Below, in pieces: positions 40,839 through 54,499 of a stretch of 64,000 bases of DNA (within the stretch, counting starts at the first letter, position 1; every line of letters begins with the position of its first letter). Both the position numbers and the translations under genes were made by a program. The notes below the pieces were generated by a model that worked only from the letters and a program-made list of their open reading frames with translations, was not told where the DNA came from and made no database searches. The DNA is taken from positions 328,166,001-328,230,000 of the forward strand of contig OZ024741.1 of the NCBI GenBank assembly GCA_964016885.1, read 5' to 3'. The stretch comes from Eledone cirrhosa. Its lineage: Eukaryota.

Positions 40839-41569
40839 TAATTCTGCTATGTTAATGCTACCTCTAATGATTCCCAATCAAGTTAAACACCAATTATATG
40901 CACATTGATTTCCCTAGTGGTTGTTTTAGTTGCAAAAGGTTCAATAGCTCTAGCTTATTTTACTCTCAGTACTGAAGGAGTAAACGTCACTGACGATGGC
41001 CATTCGTTTGCTGTGATACGATCACAGTTCAAAATACTCATAGCGAGATTCATGTATGTTTATTGTGGTCAAACATATCGTATGGGCCTCCATATACACG
41101 GTGATTATGAATTACAATATGTTAGTGCAACCGTTAATCTATAACTCAATTAATTCCCAACAGGTGCACTAATTCTAAGTAAATTAGTATGTCCATTTGG
41201 AATAGGACGAAGAACAAATAGGTATATATACCAACGAATTACATATTTCCTTGTGATTCATTGAATGATGTACGCGTCTTCAAATATGAATCTTTATTTC
41301 TATATACAGAGAATTTCTTTTTTTCTGACATGTTTGTATGTCTTCATATTAACGAATGTACATATATAAATATAAATCGTTGCAGTCTCGATTACGCACT
41401 ATGTATTTATAAAGGTATAACTTTATGATACACTTTAGCGCTAGCGCAGTTCTTGATATATATGTGTGTGTATGTTTATATATGTAGAGATAAAGGGTGA
41501 GAGCAAGAGAAAGAAAAAGAATAACATTTTGTGAAATAAATATATTCACACACAGACACACACACATTA

Positions 41570-41646
<77 letters not shown>

Positions 41647-42707
41647 ATTCCATTTGAAGTAGATGCAATACTTGCCTAATTAACAGTTTGTTACATACCT
41701 ACACAATTCTGTCTGTGATCCTTTGGCAAAACTTCGTTGCTAATTAATTCTTTATTCATCCGATCAACCCTAGAGAATAGGATTCAAACCTGAAGACAAT
41801 TTTCTTATCATCAGATATGAGATAGTTGACTTCCTTATTACGTGCTTTAATTTAACTTCGTATCTAACTGGAAAATAAATTTCATATTGTTGCTGGTTAT
41901 GATCTCATGCTGTTACACCATTGCATTGTTAAAGGTTATCGAAGCCTTCTGGCACATAACATTTCGACTGAAGAGGCGATAGAACATCGGGCTCTGGATT
42001 TAACTTCCATCAAGTTAAATTCAGTCTTTCGTCAATTTCGCCAATCGGTATGGAGGGGGAACAGGTATCCACGCGTCTGCCGTAAATTATTACAAATTTT
42101 CGAAAACTCCTTATTAGGAATCTATAAAACATCTTACCACTGTTGCGCCTCCTTCTCAGATGAAGTACTGAATTTAATAAATCTAGGATGAATATATATA
42201 TATATTTCAATCGTACACACACTGGTTGTTGATTATAGAACTACTTCAAATTAAAGATAGACTCCAGGCGACATCTTATCACAGCATAGATTCCGTCATC
42301 GCAATTGCATTCACAACATTGGACCGATCCAAATTTATGGCAAGTATCGTTTTCAAGGATGTCATTTAATGGAATCAGCTGCGATATTACGATTGGGAAG
42401 CAAATTCCTCAAACGTTAAACCACGTCTCGTTGGCCCGTTTACCAAAGGTGTCATCCGTTATTTATTTTATGACAGCAGCGTGTGATACAAGCAAGATAT
42501 GTCTGATATTTCTAACAGGTTGAATGATCTGATAGTATGCCAACCTTTTGCTCATGGTAAAAGCAATTAAATGTTGAGTAAATATAGGAAAATGTCAACG
42601 TTAACAATTGACGTAAGTTGTATCTCTTGTTTCGAAATATGTCGTGTAAAAACTGCAACTGTACAATACTGGAATAAATATATTGTTATCTTTATTCACC
42701 TGGGGTC

Positions 42708-42975
42708 TCGTTGGCTAGTGGTAAGTTTGTTGGTCCTACGACCATAATATTGTGAATTCGTTTCCTGGGCGGGGTTGTGTGTTGTGTTCTTGAGCAAAAC
42801 ACTTCATTCCACATTGCTCAAGTAAATGCAGCTGAAAATGTGTACCAGCAGTGGCTGGTGCTTTGAATTTTCGCCGAACTAGCTTCTTGTACAGGGGGGA
42901 GTCTTATACTCTCAGTCGTTTAACGTCGTGGACACCGACATAAGCACCGGCCTGTTGAGCCTTCAGGTCTCAAGA
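42708..42975 (+). mobile_element. tRNA-derived SINE, family 2
   Basis: A/B-box-like head followed by gttgtgttcttgagcaaaacactt core. Confidence 0.65.
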
Positions 42976-43595
42976 AAGACTTTAAACTGTTTTCTCTTTA
43001 TTTACAATATATTTGCGTTCTTAGGTCATCGATGCCTTTTATGCTAGCAGTGAACTGGCTGATTTGTTATAACGTCAGATAGAATGTTTTCCAGTATTCA
43101 TTCCGGATGACTGCAATTTGTGTTCAAACGCTATCGAAAACAATTTTAACTTTAATTCTTTAGGGGTCGATAAATGTAATACCAGTTCATTACTGGGGTA
43201 GATTCTTTCACAATCTCTTATTCTCATTTTCACTATCGTTCACAGTATTTTTTTTGAATAAATTGTGTTCATACCTGGAGAGAAATGTGTTCTGCCAGGT
43301 TTTAAATGCCCAAGGCGCATATTACAACGATATTCCTTTTAATCCAGTGAGAGAGTTGCAGCACCCAGGAGTATGGCCCATCAATCAAATAGCCCTTGGC
43401 TTTTTATGGTGATACAAGGATGCCGTCTTGATACATGGCGTGTTTTGGACAATTTAAACCTGGTTGAGACCAACACACTCCATGTTTGAGCACAACCAAT
43501 TACTCACATAGAAAGAAAGAGAACAAATGGAGAGAGAGTGAGAGAGAAAGATACAGAGAGAGTGAAAGGGAGGGAGAAAGAGAGAGGATTTGAAT

Positions 43596-43740
43596 ACTGG
43601 GCTGGTCTAGTAATTATGGATCTCAGAAGGATGAAAGGCAGAATTGACCTCGTTAGAATGAGCAAGGATAGAAACGAGCTGTAATTAATATCGCCAACAT
43701 TCTATCCAATGTGTTAACAAGTCGGCCAATTTGCCACATG
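43596..43740 (-). mobile_element. SINE family 1 (diverged)
   Basis: Plus strand reads aaggatgaaaggcagaattgacctc, the reverse complement of the family core. Confidence 0.55.
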
Positions 43741-43989
43741 ACAAAACTGGTAAATAGACGTAAAAGCTCAGAGGCTGATTAAAGACAATTCATGCCAGTA
43801 CATTGATGTAATCATATATGTTCTCCTTTCATCCCTTAAGTCTCGGACATAAATAATTTCTTTCTTTCTTTGTCTATACGGTAGAAAGGATAGACTCCAC
43901 CTAACTTGTCATCTCTCGTTCACTCTAATTTTAATTGCATCTGGTATTGATTTATGAATACAGCTTTCATTTTTCCCTTTTTCGGGGCT

Positions 43990-44265
43990 GCCGATCCGGG
44001 ATCGAAAATTCCTGTTGTGCGAATAACAGAACAGGCTGCGCGTGAAATTAACAAGCACGTGGATTAGCATTCTACACACTCGTACACACTTATCATAGTT
44101 CTCAAGAAGATTGAGCATATCACATTGTAAGACAAGGGTGGCTTTTTCAATTATTGGTTCATCTCATTTCTGACAGCTGGGTTGGTTGGAATAACGGGAA
44201 ATAAGGTGTCTTGCTGAATGAAACAATGAGCCGTTCATGAATGAATTCACAATTTTACGATCGTT
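43990..44265 (-). mobile_element. SINE family 2 (diverged)
   Basis: Reverse-complement similarity to 63020-63290 (ttaatttcacg...ctgttc) and to the core. Confidence 0.5.
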
Positions 44266-47131
44266 AACAAAAAACAATAACTGCTAATCCGTGATCAATC
44301 AATCCCAGTAATGTAACGTTAATATTCAATCTACTTCCATCCCAGAATATTTGTTTTACCATTTGTCTATATATGACATCATTCAATTCGTATTGAAAGT
44401 TAATGTTATTTCCTTCAGTGAGAGCGGGGAGACAGAGACAGAAGGAGAGAGAGAGAGTGGCGAGGGTAATAGAGAAACAGTGTGACAGAGAGTAGGTTTA
44501 AACACTATTGGATTGTGTCTATTACGATATGATACTTGCTTCAGAATAACACTTGAGGTGACCTTGCTTTTCACGAGCTAAAAAGGGAGCCTCGCTCTGG
44601 TCGGTTGATTGCTAAAATTAGTAACTAAATTACCCTTTAATCATATCCTATATAGTCTTAAAAGAGGAAGGAATATTGGTATGTTTTAAGTCGAATTTGC
44701 CTTTCACAATCCGACAAGGGAGAATTTACGTGGTTGCTCCACTTGCTAGAATGAGCAACCCCATTTTCCTAAAACCACCCTTACTCTCTTTAAAATAGGG
44801 AGGAAACAGGGTAACATAATCTCATATAAAATACTGATTACAAAAGAAAATATGGCCACAAATGTAGTGCCTCTGATCGTAGGTAAACTAGAATAAGTTG
44901 CTAATTGGAAGAATCATCAGAACATCGGATTGAATGGTTTGCGGTATTTTGTCCGGCTTTCAAATGCAGTAATGTCAACTTCGTGTTTCACCCTTTCACC
45001 ATAGTAAAATCGAAAAATCTCTATCTCTCTCTCACCCCTTCTGTCTGACTCTCTTTCCTTCTCCCTCTCTCCACCTTGTCTCGATGTGGAAATTTGGCTG
45101 TGTTTAGACATGGACAGTATGGCCATCTCTATGTTCCAAGCTTCAAATCTACCATGCAAGCTCGACAAGTATTTATTAAGACCCAAAGGAAAAATATTAC
45201 ACCTTTTCATTATTCTTAGGTTCAGCATCATGAGTTCCAGTTATCTAACTAAATTTCAATTTATTATACACAATATTTCGTCTGAGAATGTTTATACTAC
45301 AGCTTTGTGCAAATAGAAGAAATAATTATTTCATGTATGTTTTACTTTCCCTTTTTGCATACAGCGTAAATTGCTTCGGTGGACTCGTACTTTGTGCATT
45401 GTATTGGAAAACTGATATCCCTAAGCAGAAATCCGGTCAAAATCATCACCATGGCTAACTTTAAAGATTCATGTTAAGAGAAGTGAGAATAACATTGAAA
45501 AAAATAAATCAGTCAATGTAACGTATTAACATTATTGTAATAAAAGTATACAGTTTGAATTTCGTCAATAAAAGCTTAGTTTCAATCAACGAAAGGAAAT
45601 GAAGGCTTTCATGTAAATTGATAAAAGAAAAAAGTAATAAAAGGAAAATGATGTAATGTTTATATATTTTTGTCGGAATAGTAAATAGCTTTGTTTTTCG
45701 AGTCTGCACAGAGGTGAACGTTAAATCCTGGAAGTGTGTTTTATAGCAATTAAGAAGATAAAATTTGCAACAATATACAGGAAAATTCTATAGTATTAAA
45801 AATCAATATAAAAGGTGGGAACCTATCAGAATCTCTAGAAGAGTAGCAAATGTCTTATGGCTATATATCGTACCAAAAGAAGGAGTTAGTCTTCGAGGCC
45901 TCGTGAAAGACTGCTTTCTTATCACTGAGTTATTTTTAAAACAATGTTTTACGGCCCTTGCTGACACCGTTCCCTTTATTCAATTCTTATGATAAGCCTG
46001 TTCGAAATCAGATACCCGAAACGCTGTAAGAATCTGCAGTGCACTGGAGAGAAAACCCTGCAATATTTGGTTTAGTTGCTTTATGTTATGAGTTGCAACT
46101 CTGCTGTAGTGAACTATTACATTGTTTATATTTATCTAAATACTTTCTATAATAATTTCATGTGAAATTCTCTAAAAGTTCAACCCCACTCAAAACAAAG
46201 GGAAGGAAATGAGTCCATCATCAGCTGGGACCAAGGAAACAACACTTCCATTCGTCATTCCATTACAGATACCACCAGCCGTTCTGAACTCATGGCAGAA
46301 CAAGGCAGAATTTGAATTCATAATTCACAGAGCCGATTCAGATACCGATTCATGAATAATTCCATTAAACAATTGGATAATCTTTTTTTATATATCGATC
46401 AGAAAAGGATAAAAGACAAAATTAACCTTGTCAGGATTTTAACTCAGCGCAATGAAACGAGCATTTACTCCGTTACTCTAACGATTCATACAACATCATG
46501 CTGTGAGAATTGATACCAAATCGCCAGAAAGCATTCTTGGTTATATAATACAAAACTGTTTTAAAGTGATTATATTTATCTCAAATCCTTTTATAATTTC
46601 TCGTCAAAATTATTTCTTATCTTCCAAGCACTAGCGTATTAAAACATTTGTTATATTTCCTTTTAAATTCTTGATTGTTTACAAAATTATTTCAGAAACA
46701 TAGGCGAAGTTATTCATTAGAAATATGTTAACGAAAGAGTTAAGAAGATCACTATTTTCAACAGACTATCTTTATTGCAACCAACAACTAAAAGCTAAAA
46801 CATGAATAGACGTTTCGTAATTGAATTAATTCTATCATTAATAAAGTCATACAGTTCAGATCGCTTATCAGAAAGTAACTAACTTCTGTTAGGCAATCAA
46901 TAAATTTATACTTACAATTGTATTGATTTCAGCCATTTGACTCCTGCCTAGCCACCGCACCACCTTCAATATAAGTAGCCAATCGTATCGATCCCGTGTT
47001 CTTAATAAAAAATCAGTCTGGTGTTTATTTTATTGATCTTTAATTATCGAATGGACAACTTAGAATTTCGGCGTAAACAGACAACAATCTAGAAAAAGAA
47101 TTATATATATATAAATATACGTGGGAGGTGC

Positions 47132-47186
<55 letters not shown>

Positions 47187-47572
47187 CAGCGTTTGTCGAA
47201 TATGTTTCTATATATTAAATCACATATGAAAGCCATTGGTCAATCCGCGACTGCATTAACTGCATTAAAAGACACAAGCTCAAAGTGTCATGTAGTGTTG
47301 GACAAATAAAGTGGTAAACAGACATAAACATGAGCATACAAACGCACTCACACACATACAAATAAAAGCAATAAGCACACTCACAAAATGTACGTATTTT
47401 TCAACATTGCAACTTTCTGTCTATCGTACCTATATCCTTTCCTTGAGACACCTCTTCTTCTTTTCCAGCCACCTTCAAGCTAATCAGACGTAGTGTAACT
47501 GTGTCCTCAGTATTTGTGGTTTTATATATATATATATATATATACATGTGTGTGTGTGTGTGTATGTGTGTA

Positions 47573-47614
<42 letters not shown>

Positions 47615-47651
47615 TGTGTGTGTGTGTGTGCGTGTGTGTGGGTGTGTGTGG

Positions 47652-47683
<32 letters not shown>

Positions 47684-47769
47684 TTGTGTGTGTATGGCAA
47701 TATCCGTAGGTGTGAAAAAGGAAAAAGGAAACTATGTTCAAGGGCAGACATTTCCTTGACATAAACATA

Positions 47770-48610
47770 GACCTAAATACAGTTTTGTATAAACCATACC
47801 ATAAGCCTAAAGAAAAATTGAAATATATGAATAAACCCTAGCCCACCTGCTATTGAAAAAAATATATTCGCTTATATATGTCGTAGTATCTCAAATCTCT
47901 CAGCAACCCACGAGAATTTCGATATGGCTGTGCAGTACTACAACCAAACCCTCCTACATAGTGGTTTTAATGACAAAATCAAGTATACACCCAATCATTC
48001 CCAATCCAGCCCATACTAAACATTCTAGCAGAAAAATAATTATCTGATTCGTACCAACCTTTTCCATTAAAGTAAAGACTAATGTATGTAAGAGGCTTTC
48101 AGAATTAATAGATATACATTTCCTAGATATATAACATAGATACAGTAAAATATTCAATCGGAATTTCGTCAAGATATCCTATTTATGTAGCAGATCAATG
48201 AGATCAGAAATTACTACAAAGTATATAGCTGACATTGAGCCAATCTGCTCTTGTCGGATTGAAGGGTACTGCCCGCTCAAACGGAATTGTAATATCAGAT
48301 CTGCTGTGTATGAGGCAGAGATTACACACAACACCAGAGAAAAGTCTAGAGTTAGCGAAAGATACATCGGTATGGGGCAATATTGTTTTCAACAACGTCT
48401 TACTCGCCTTTCCACTCCTTCTGGAATCCTGGTATGAGAACGTCTGGCAATTAAACGAGAAAAATTCCCACATAAGATTACTTGGAAGATACCTGACAGA
48501 CCGCTTCCTACAACAATGGGTCCAAGAGATGTCTCTGTCTCAGGGAGAAATTTAGAATATAAACAGAGCATAATAATTTGAGCATCATAATTTGAACTCA
48601 AAGAGCAAAG
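47770..48610 (+). pseudogene. Decayed Naiad-like PLE fragment
   Basis: DLNTVLYKPYHKP, KIFNRN, CSCRIEGYCPLKRNC, AVY...YIG; stops and frameshifts. Confidence 0.8.
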
Positions 48611-48934
48611 ATTTTAAAGGATGACTCAATTTCAACTCCTCGGTAACTGAAAATACATGAATAAATAATAACATAATAAAGACCTCATTTTTTCATATAC
48701 ATACATATATATCTTTATATATATATATAGGTCTTTATTATTTTATTATTTATTTATGTATTTTCAGTTAACAAGGAGTTGAAATTGAGTCATCATTTTC
48801 GATATATTTCCTTATAATTTCACCCGTGTAGTACATCTGTTTTTTTATTTAAGAAACCTCATTTTCATATATATATATATATGAGGTTATACTAAACATT
48901 CTAGCAGAAAAAGAATTACCTGATTCGCACCAAC

Positions 48935-49014
<80 letters not shown>

Positions 49015-49132
49015 ATTTGAGCATCATAATTTGAACTCAAAGAGCAAGGATTTTAAAGGATGACTCAATTTCAACTCCTTGGTAACTGAAAATACATAAA
49101 TAAATAATAAAATAATAAAGACCCCATTTTTT

Positions 49133-49177
<45 letters not shown>

Positions 49178-49207
49178 AGATCAAAAGATGGTTAAAAGAG
49201 TTCCATG

Positions 49208-49278
49208 TATTTTATTATGCGCATTTCAAAAACAAATATCAACATGCAATAACATTTGCGTTTTCGTCAGATAAAATA
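49208..49278 (-). ncRNA. Type I hammerhead ribozyme
   Basis: Exact reverse complement of 49397-49467. Confidence 0.8.
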
Positions 49279-49396
49279 GTGAGACATGATATGAAGGTTA
49301 AAACACACTTGTGAATAGTGCAGTTTTAAATCAACATATGTTGATTTAAAACTGCACTATTCACAAGTGTGTTTTAACCTTCATATCATGTCTCCC

Positions 49397-49467
49397 TATT
49401 TTATCTGACGAAAACGCAAATGTTATTGCATGTTGATATTTGTTTTTGAAATGCGCATAATAAAATA
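49397..49467 (+). ncRNA. Type I hammerhead ribozyme
   Basis: tattttat-CTGACGA-aaac gcaaatgttattgcatgttgatatttg ttttt-GAAA-tgcgca-TA-ataaaata; perfect 8-bp stem I, palindromic stem III. Confidence 0.8.
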
Positions 49468-49740
49468 CATGGAACTCTTTTAACCATCTTTTGATCTTAT
49501 ATATTATTTATACTCCAGTCCTACAAACTGTAGAGTACTTCTTATCCGATATCTGCATTGTTTATTGTACTACAATAAAACTCACCTCCTATATATATAT
49601 ATATATATATATAGGTATATAAAAAAATGAATTCTTTATTATTTTATTATTTATTTATGTATTTTCAGTTACCAAGGAGTTGAAATTGAGTCATCCTTTA
49701 AAATCTTTGCTCTTTGAGTTCAAATTATGATGCTCAAATT

Positions 49741-49772
<32 letters not shown>

Positions 49773-49837
49773 TATATATAAAGGTTGGTGCGAATCAGAT
49801 AATTCTTTTTCTGCTAGAATGTTTAGTATAACCTCAT

Positions 49838-49907
<70 letters not shown>

Positions 49908-50202
49908 ATGAGGTTTCTTAAATAAAAAAAAAACAGATGTACTACACGGGTGAAATTATAAGGAAAATATATCGAAAATGAAACTGGAGTCTTTTTAAGA
50001 ATATTTATGTGCTTCCTTTACCAGTCTCACAGTTCTTATGCTTTTCAAATGTAGAATTGAGGTGGAGGGTTTCTGGGTTTTCAAAACCACAAACCCTCCA
50101 TCTCAATTCTACATTTGAAAAGCATAAGAACTGCGAGACTGGTAAAGGAAGCACATAAATATTCTTAAAAAGACTCCAGTTTCATTTTCGATATCTTTTC
50201 CT

Positions 50203-50237
<35 letters not shown>

Positions 50238-50249
50238 AAACATGTTACA

Positions 50250-50455
50250 TTTGGCTTCGTTTATTATAAATTCTCTGCTATTATTGGTTGTGACCTCTTC
50301 AAGCAATACGAATTAATGTAGAGAGAACAGATAAAATTGGTGTTGACATGTGTTCCACTCTGTCAATTCATCGATATGTCCAGCTCCTGGGTGTGTTGTT
50401 AGTCCTACGAAGAACTGGAATCATATGAGCTAGAACAAACGAATTTCAGCGTCAG
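50250..50455 (-). repeat. Diverged copy of the 10078-10295 pseudo-LTR family (HHR broken)
   Basis: Shares tttggcttcgtttatta, acctcttca, gaactggaat and aacaaacgaatttcagcgtca. Confidence 0.7.
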
Positions 50456-50569
50456 AAGACACGCTCGTACCCCATTGGGAAGTGGTCATACCACTCTCCA
50501 GCCGAAAGTCTATAGAAATTCCTCAGTGACAGGTCAGCCTGTTATAGTTGTTTTTATCATAAGTACAGC

Positions 50570-51095
50570 AGACCTCCTTTACCGTCGTGGTAATGCTAGT
50601 GGTGTTAAGAGGTCACTACTACTTTTTTCTCCATCCAGACGCGCTAGGCCCGCCGGGAGCTTCGCTTTACTAGTCGGTTGATTTGGTGGTATGCTGCATC
50701 TCTTTTCCCTTGGTCTTCTTCCGATCTGGCAGAATCTCGCTCAACTTTCGCCTTCTTTCATTCCTCAATCAATGGTTCCTGGATCCATTGTTCTTCCCTC
50801 GTTCCTCGCCTTAGGCCAACAGTTTCTTGTGCTGCCTAGAGTCACCGCTGTCAAAAACGTCGCCCACCGATCTTACAGATATGTAGCCTCACTCAACTGC
50901 TGGAATCAGTTGTGCAGCGTCAGTTGGTACAGTCGCGCTTGACCGGAATTCTTCAGTCTCTCCACTGCATACGGTTTCGGTCTTTTCTGTCGTGTCTGTT
51001 TCTTTAGACGCAGCTGAAATTCAGCACTCAGGAGATGGTAGTCTGAGCCTACGTCTGCCCGTCGGTACACCGAGTAGCTATGAAGAAGGGCCTTT
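50570..51095 (-). pseudogene. RTE-like LINE fragment (end of endonuclease plus linker)
   Basis: VYRRADVGSDYHLLSAEFQLRLKK resembles the APE SDH motif region. Confidence 0.65.
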
Positions 51096-51202
51096 GAAAG
51101 AGAGCTAAACATATTTTACCTACATTAGTTTTAACCTTGAGTGAGAAGATGGGGGGATTATATATATATGGGGGGTAAGCGTGTGTGTGTGTGTATGCAT
51201 AT

Positions 51203-51257
<55 letters not shown>

Positions 51258-51269
51258 TATATATAACAA

Positions 51270-52680
51270 AGGAATTGTGGTAAGTAACCAAATGGACCAT
51301 TACGAACCAGAGTACTCAATACTTAGGGTAGTAGAGTGGGAATAGGAAAAAGTATGACCCCGACGGCAGAGCTCAAGCCGTTTCGACGGATATTTCTGGA
51401 CTAAATTAGAATGTTTAGCCTGGTGAATAAATAGCCGAACTTTTCAAGGGGTACTTCCTTATATGGGAAGATTGTAGTTGTCAAGAGGATTGGTTAAAAT
51501 TTGTTGTAAACACAAATAAGTCTATCATGACATTTGGTGGGGTGGCTGAACTTGCCTGTAGAACAATAGGGGAGTGAGTGGAACGGTCAAGCATTGAAAG
51601 TTATATGTATATATCAGATTCTAAGGATAGTGTGTGAAGTGGAGGAGGAAGGTTATAGAATAGGTAAATCGAAAGAGAGTAGGAGACAATAAAGGATACT
51701 AGAAAGAAATTTAAAAATATATATATAAATATATATGTATATAAAATTAGATAGTGAGAAATGAATAAAGAAATCACAATGTTATCTTACAATTACAGGT
51801 TAATAAGTTGAGAATAGAAAAAACTTATAGAAATTACAAAACATATACACACTTAAAGGGCTTTTTAACACATCTGCTATAAGTAGTTAGTAAAACGTAT
51901 TCCGCCAATTCTATCTTAAAATAACAGGGGTGGGCGAACTGATGTTACAAAGCCCGATGCGCTGCATCGGGGTAGGCGAAAGAGGAAAGCAGACGAGGAA
52001 GAAAATAGGGAATGGAAGGAAGTGATAGGATAAGACAGGAGGAAGAAGGAGACAAAGAGGAAAAGAAAAGAGATACATTTACCTATGTAAGCTGGGGTTT
52101 CCCCTAACATATTTGGCAAGTGTGTGGGTGTGTGGGGGGGGGGGGTATCATCCCTTGTCTAGCCACCCGGGTCATTATAGTGTTTTAGGGCGAGGTAAGT
52201 TCTACGCAACATGTGTTTGCATGCGGTTACCAGTTCATCTTTCTTGTTTAGGGTTTGGTCCTTCGAAAACAGCATTTGTAATGTTTCCTCCGAGCATAAG
52301 TTACACGGACGGCGTCCTCCCGTGTAAGAGTTAGCTCTGGACAGTAAGCTCCAAGTGAGATTGTAGGTTATAGGATTAACCGCGTTTGACTTCAAGACCC
52401 GGCTCTACCAACACCGACACACTTTCCGAAACCCGGTTCGGCGACATGCCACTACACTTTCGGGCTACATCTGGGACCTCGAAGATAACAATATAACCTA
52501 CAATCTCACTTGGAGCTTACTGTCCAGAGCTAACTCTTACACGGGAGGACGCCGTCCGTGTAACTTATGCTCGGAGGAAACATTACAAATGCTGTTTTTG
52601 AAGGACCAACTCCTAAACCAGAAAGCTGAACTGGTAACCGCATGCAAACACAGATTGCGTAGAACTTACCTCGCCGGGTG
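51270..52680. mobile_element. PLE 3' end with inverted GIY-YIG C-terminus
   Basis: The minus copy runs from 52371 into a tail and HHR at 51357. The plus copy 52385-52675 reads FKTRLYQH...TTLSGYIWDL...CNLCSEE...ELVTACKH. Confidence 0.8.
51357..51452 (-). ncRNA. Hammerhead, U3-A8 variant with extended stem III
   Basis: Reverse complement reads acccc-TTGAAAA-gttcgg...ccgtc-GAAA-cggc ttgagctct gccg-TC-ggggt. A partial plus-strand copy lies at 53242-53287. Confidence 0.7.
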
Positions 52681-53043
52681 GACCGAAAACGATAACTGGA
52701 AAAGGTATCAGCCGTACTAAGAGTGAGAAATGAAATTTCGTTTCATTCTTTTCCATTTATCGTTTTCAGTCCGCCCGGCCGACCAACCTACTCGATATGC
52801 GAATTAGGCTGCTCAGTCGTTAATATACATAAGGAAAGTATATACTTTCAAACGTTCAATCATCTGACAGAAAGGTATACGATGCTGACGATAGCTAATA
52901 AGCTTGAAACTAATGCATCGTTCCTGTGTCAGTGTTGAACAAAAGGGCGACGATGGTTGCAGAGCACTGTACGGCATAATTCGGGCTGTTTGTTTACAGA
53001 CAAACCGAAAATTAAAATAAATGTTCGGTAAACCCATACGTAC

Positions 53044-53075
<32 letters not shown>

Positions 53076-53142
53076 ATGTATGTATATATATACATACTAC
53101 TATACGTCTGTACACATATATGTATGTACGTATACATACTCT

Positions 53143-53226
<84 letters not shown>

Positions 53227-53296
53227 AGTATATATATAAGCGTCCAGAATTAGCCGTCGAAACGGCTTGAGCTCAGCTGTCGGGGTCTTACTGGTT

Positions 53297-53360
<64 letters not shown>

Positions 53361-54189
53361 TATATACACGTTTATACATATATACGTTTATACATATATT
53401 CATTTATAAATATATCTACGTGCTTGAGTGTTTGTGTATTGAACGTGCATCATAACTATGATATTGCAAGATGGGTGTAATATTACATACTTCTCTCTTT
53501 CCTCCGGCTTTTGACATTCTTCTGATAGAGTTCAAATTGCACACAACACGCTACAGTCGCCGTTATTGCTATTGGTGTAATATTAGTGAAATATCAGTGG
53601 AATATTTTCAAACTATTTTATTTCCGGATATCATGAATATTCAAGTGCATATCCTGCGGGTAATTAAACAGCAATTATCACTAGAAAATTACCATATATG
53701 GCCGATTTGCGTTGTAATACACCTAGACCATAAAATTAAATGAAGGGTAATATATATATATTTATATTTGTATTTTTACTTGTATAGAAATATGCGCATA
53801 TATCTATATTTGAGTGTGTATATATATGAGCATGCGAGTGTATATATATATATATTAATATGTGTATTTATGTGTAAATATACACATACAACCCTACACG
53901 CACCTTCTTACATATGTGTGTGCATATATATTATATATATTATATATATTATATGTCGTTATATGTATATTATGTATATATATATATATATATATATATC
54001 ATAGGCCTCCTTCAGCCAGGAATGGCCATTGCTTTTTTTTACCTGGAACGTTTCCCTTCCAGGCATAATCCTGTGCAAGTGTGTTGTAGAAGACCACCAG
54101 TCGCGGATTCATATCATTCTCCCCTCTTCACACCACTAATGTTGTCCAAGGGAAAAGCAATGGCAGACACAGCTTGGCACGAATGATTT

Positions 54190-54300
54190 GTAACTTATTT
54201 GTACAGCTGAGTGAACTGGAACAACCTGGTATAAAGTGTTTTGCTCAAGAACATAACGCACCACCAGGTCCCAGATTCAAACTCACAACTTTACGATTAT
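54190..54300 (-). mobile_element. SINE family 2 fragment
   Basis: Plus strand reads aagtgttttgctcaagaacataac...ttcaaactcaca. Confidence 0.6.
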
Positions 54301-54499
54301 TATCTAAATGCCAGTCCTTCACTTTCATGTATATAAATAAACATAATATCAATGATACTGACGCGCACAAGAGTCCATGAACATCATATTGGTTCATCAA
54401 GTATGACATTTGTAGAAATTTGTTTTTGTCCATAACTTTCTACGAATTTCATACTTGACGCCCCAATATATATACCTATACAATGTCCATATATATATA

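Larger units (their letters stand above)
48619..50205. repeat. Cluster of nested and overlapping inverted repeats
   Basis: Hairpin 48619-48794; large inverted repeat 48792-49140 / 49615-49980; central palindrome 49168-49507; hairpin 49958-50205. Confidence 0.9.

Noticed and set aside
42020-42170. Minus-strand 30-nt micro-exon, 61-nt intron and terminal exon
   Set aside because: Weak acceptors, very short intron and no recognisable product.
52770-52875. Possible plus-strand exon after ttttcag
   Set aside because: Weak donors and an unrecognised peptide.
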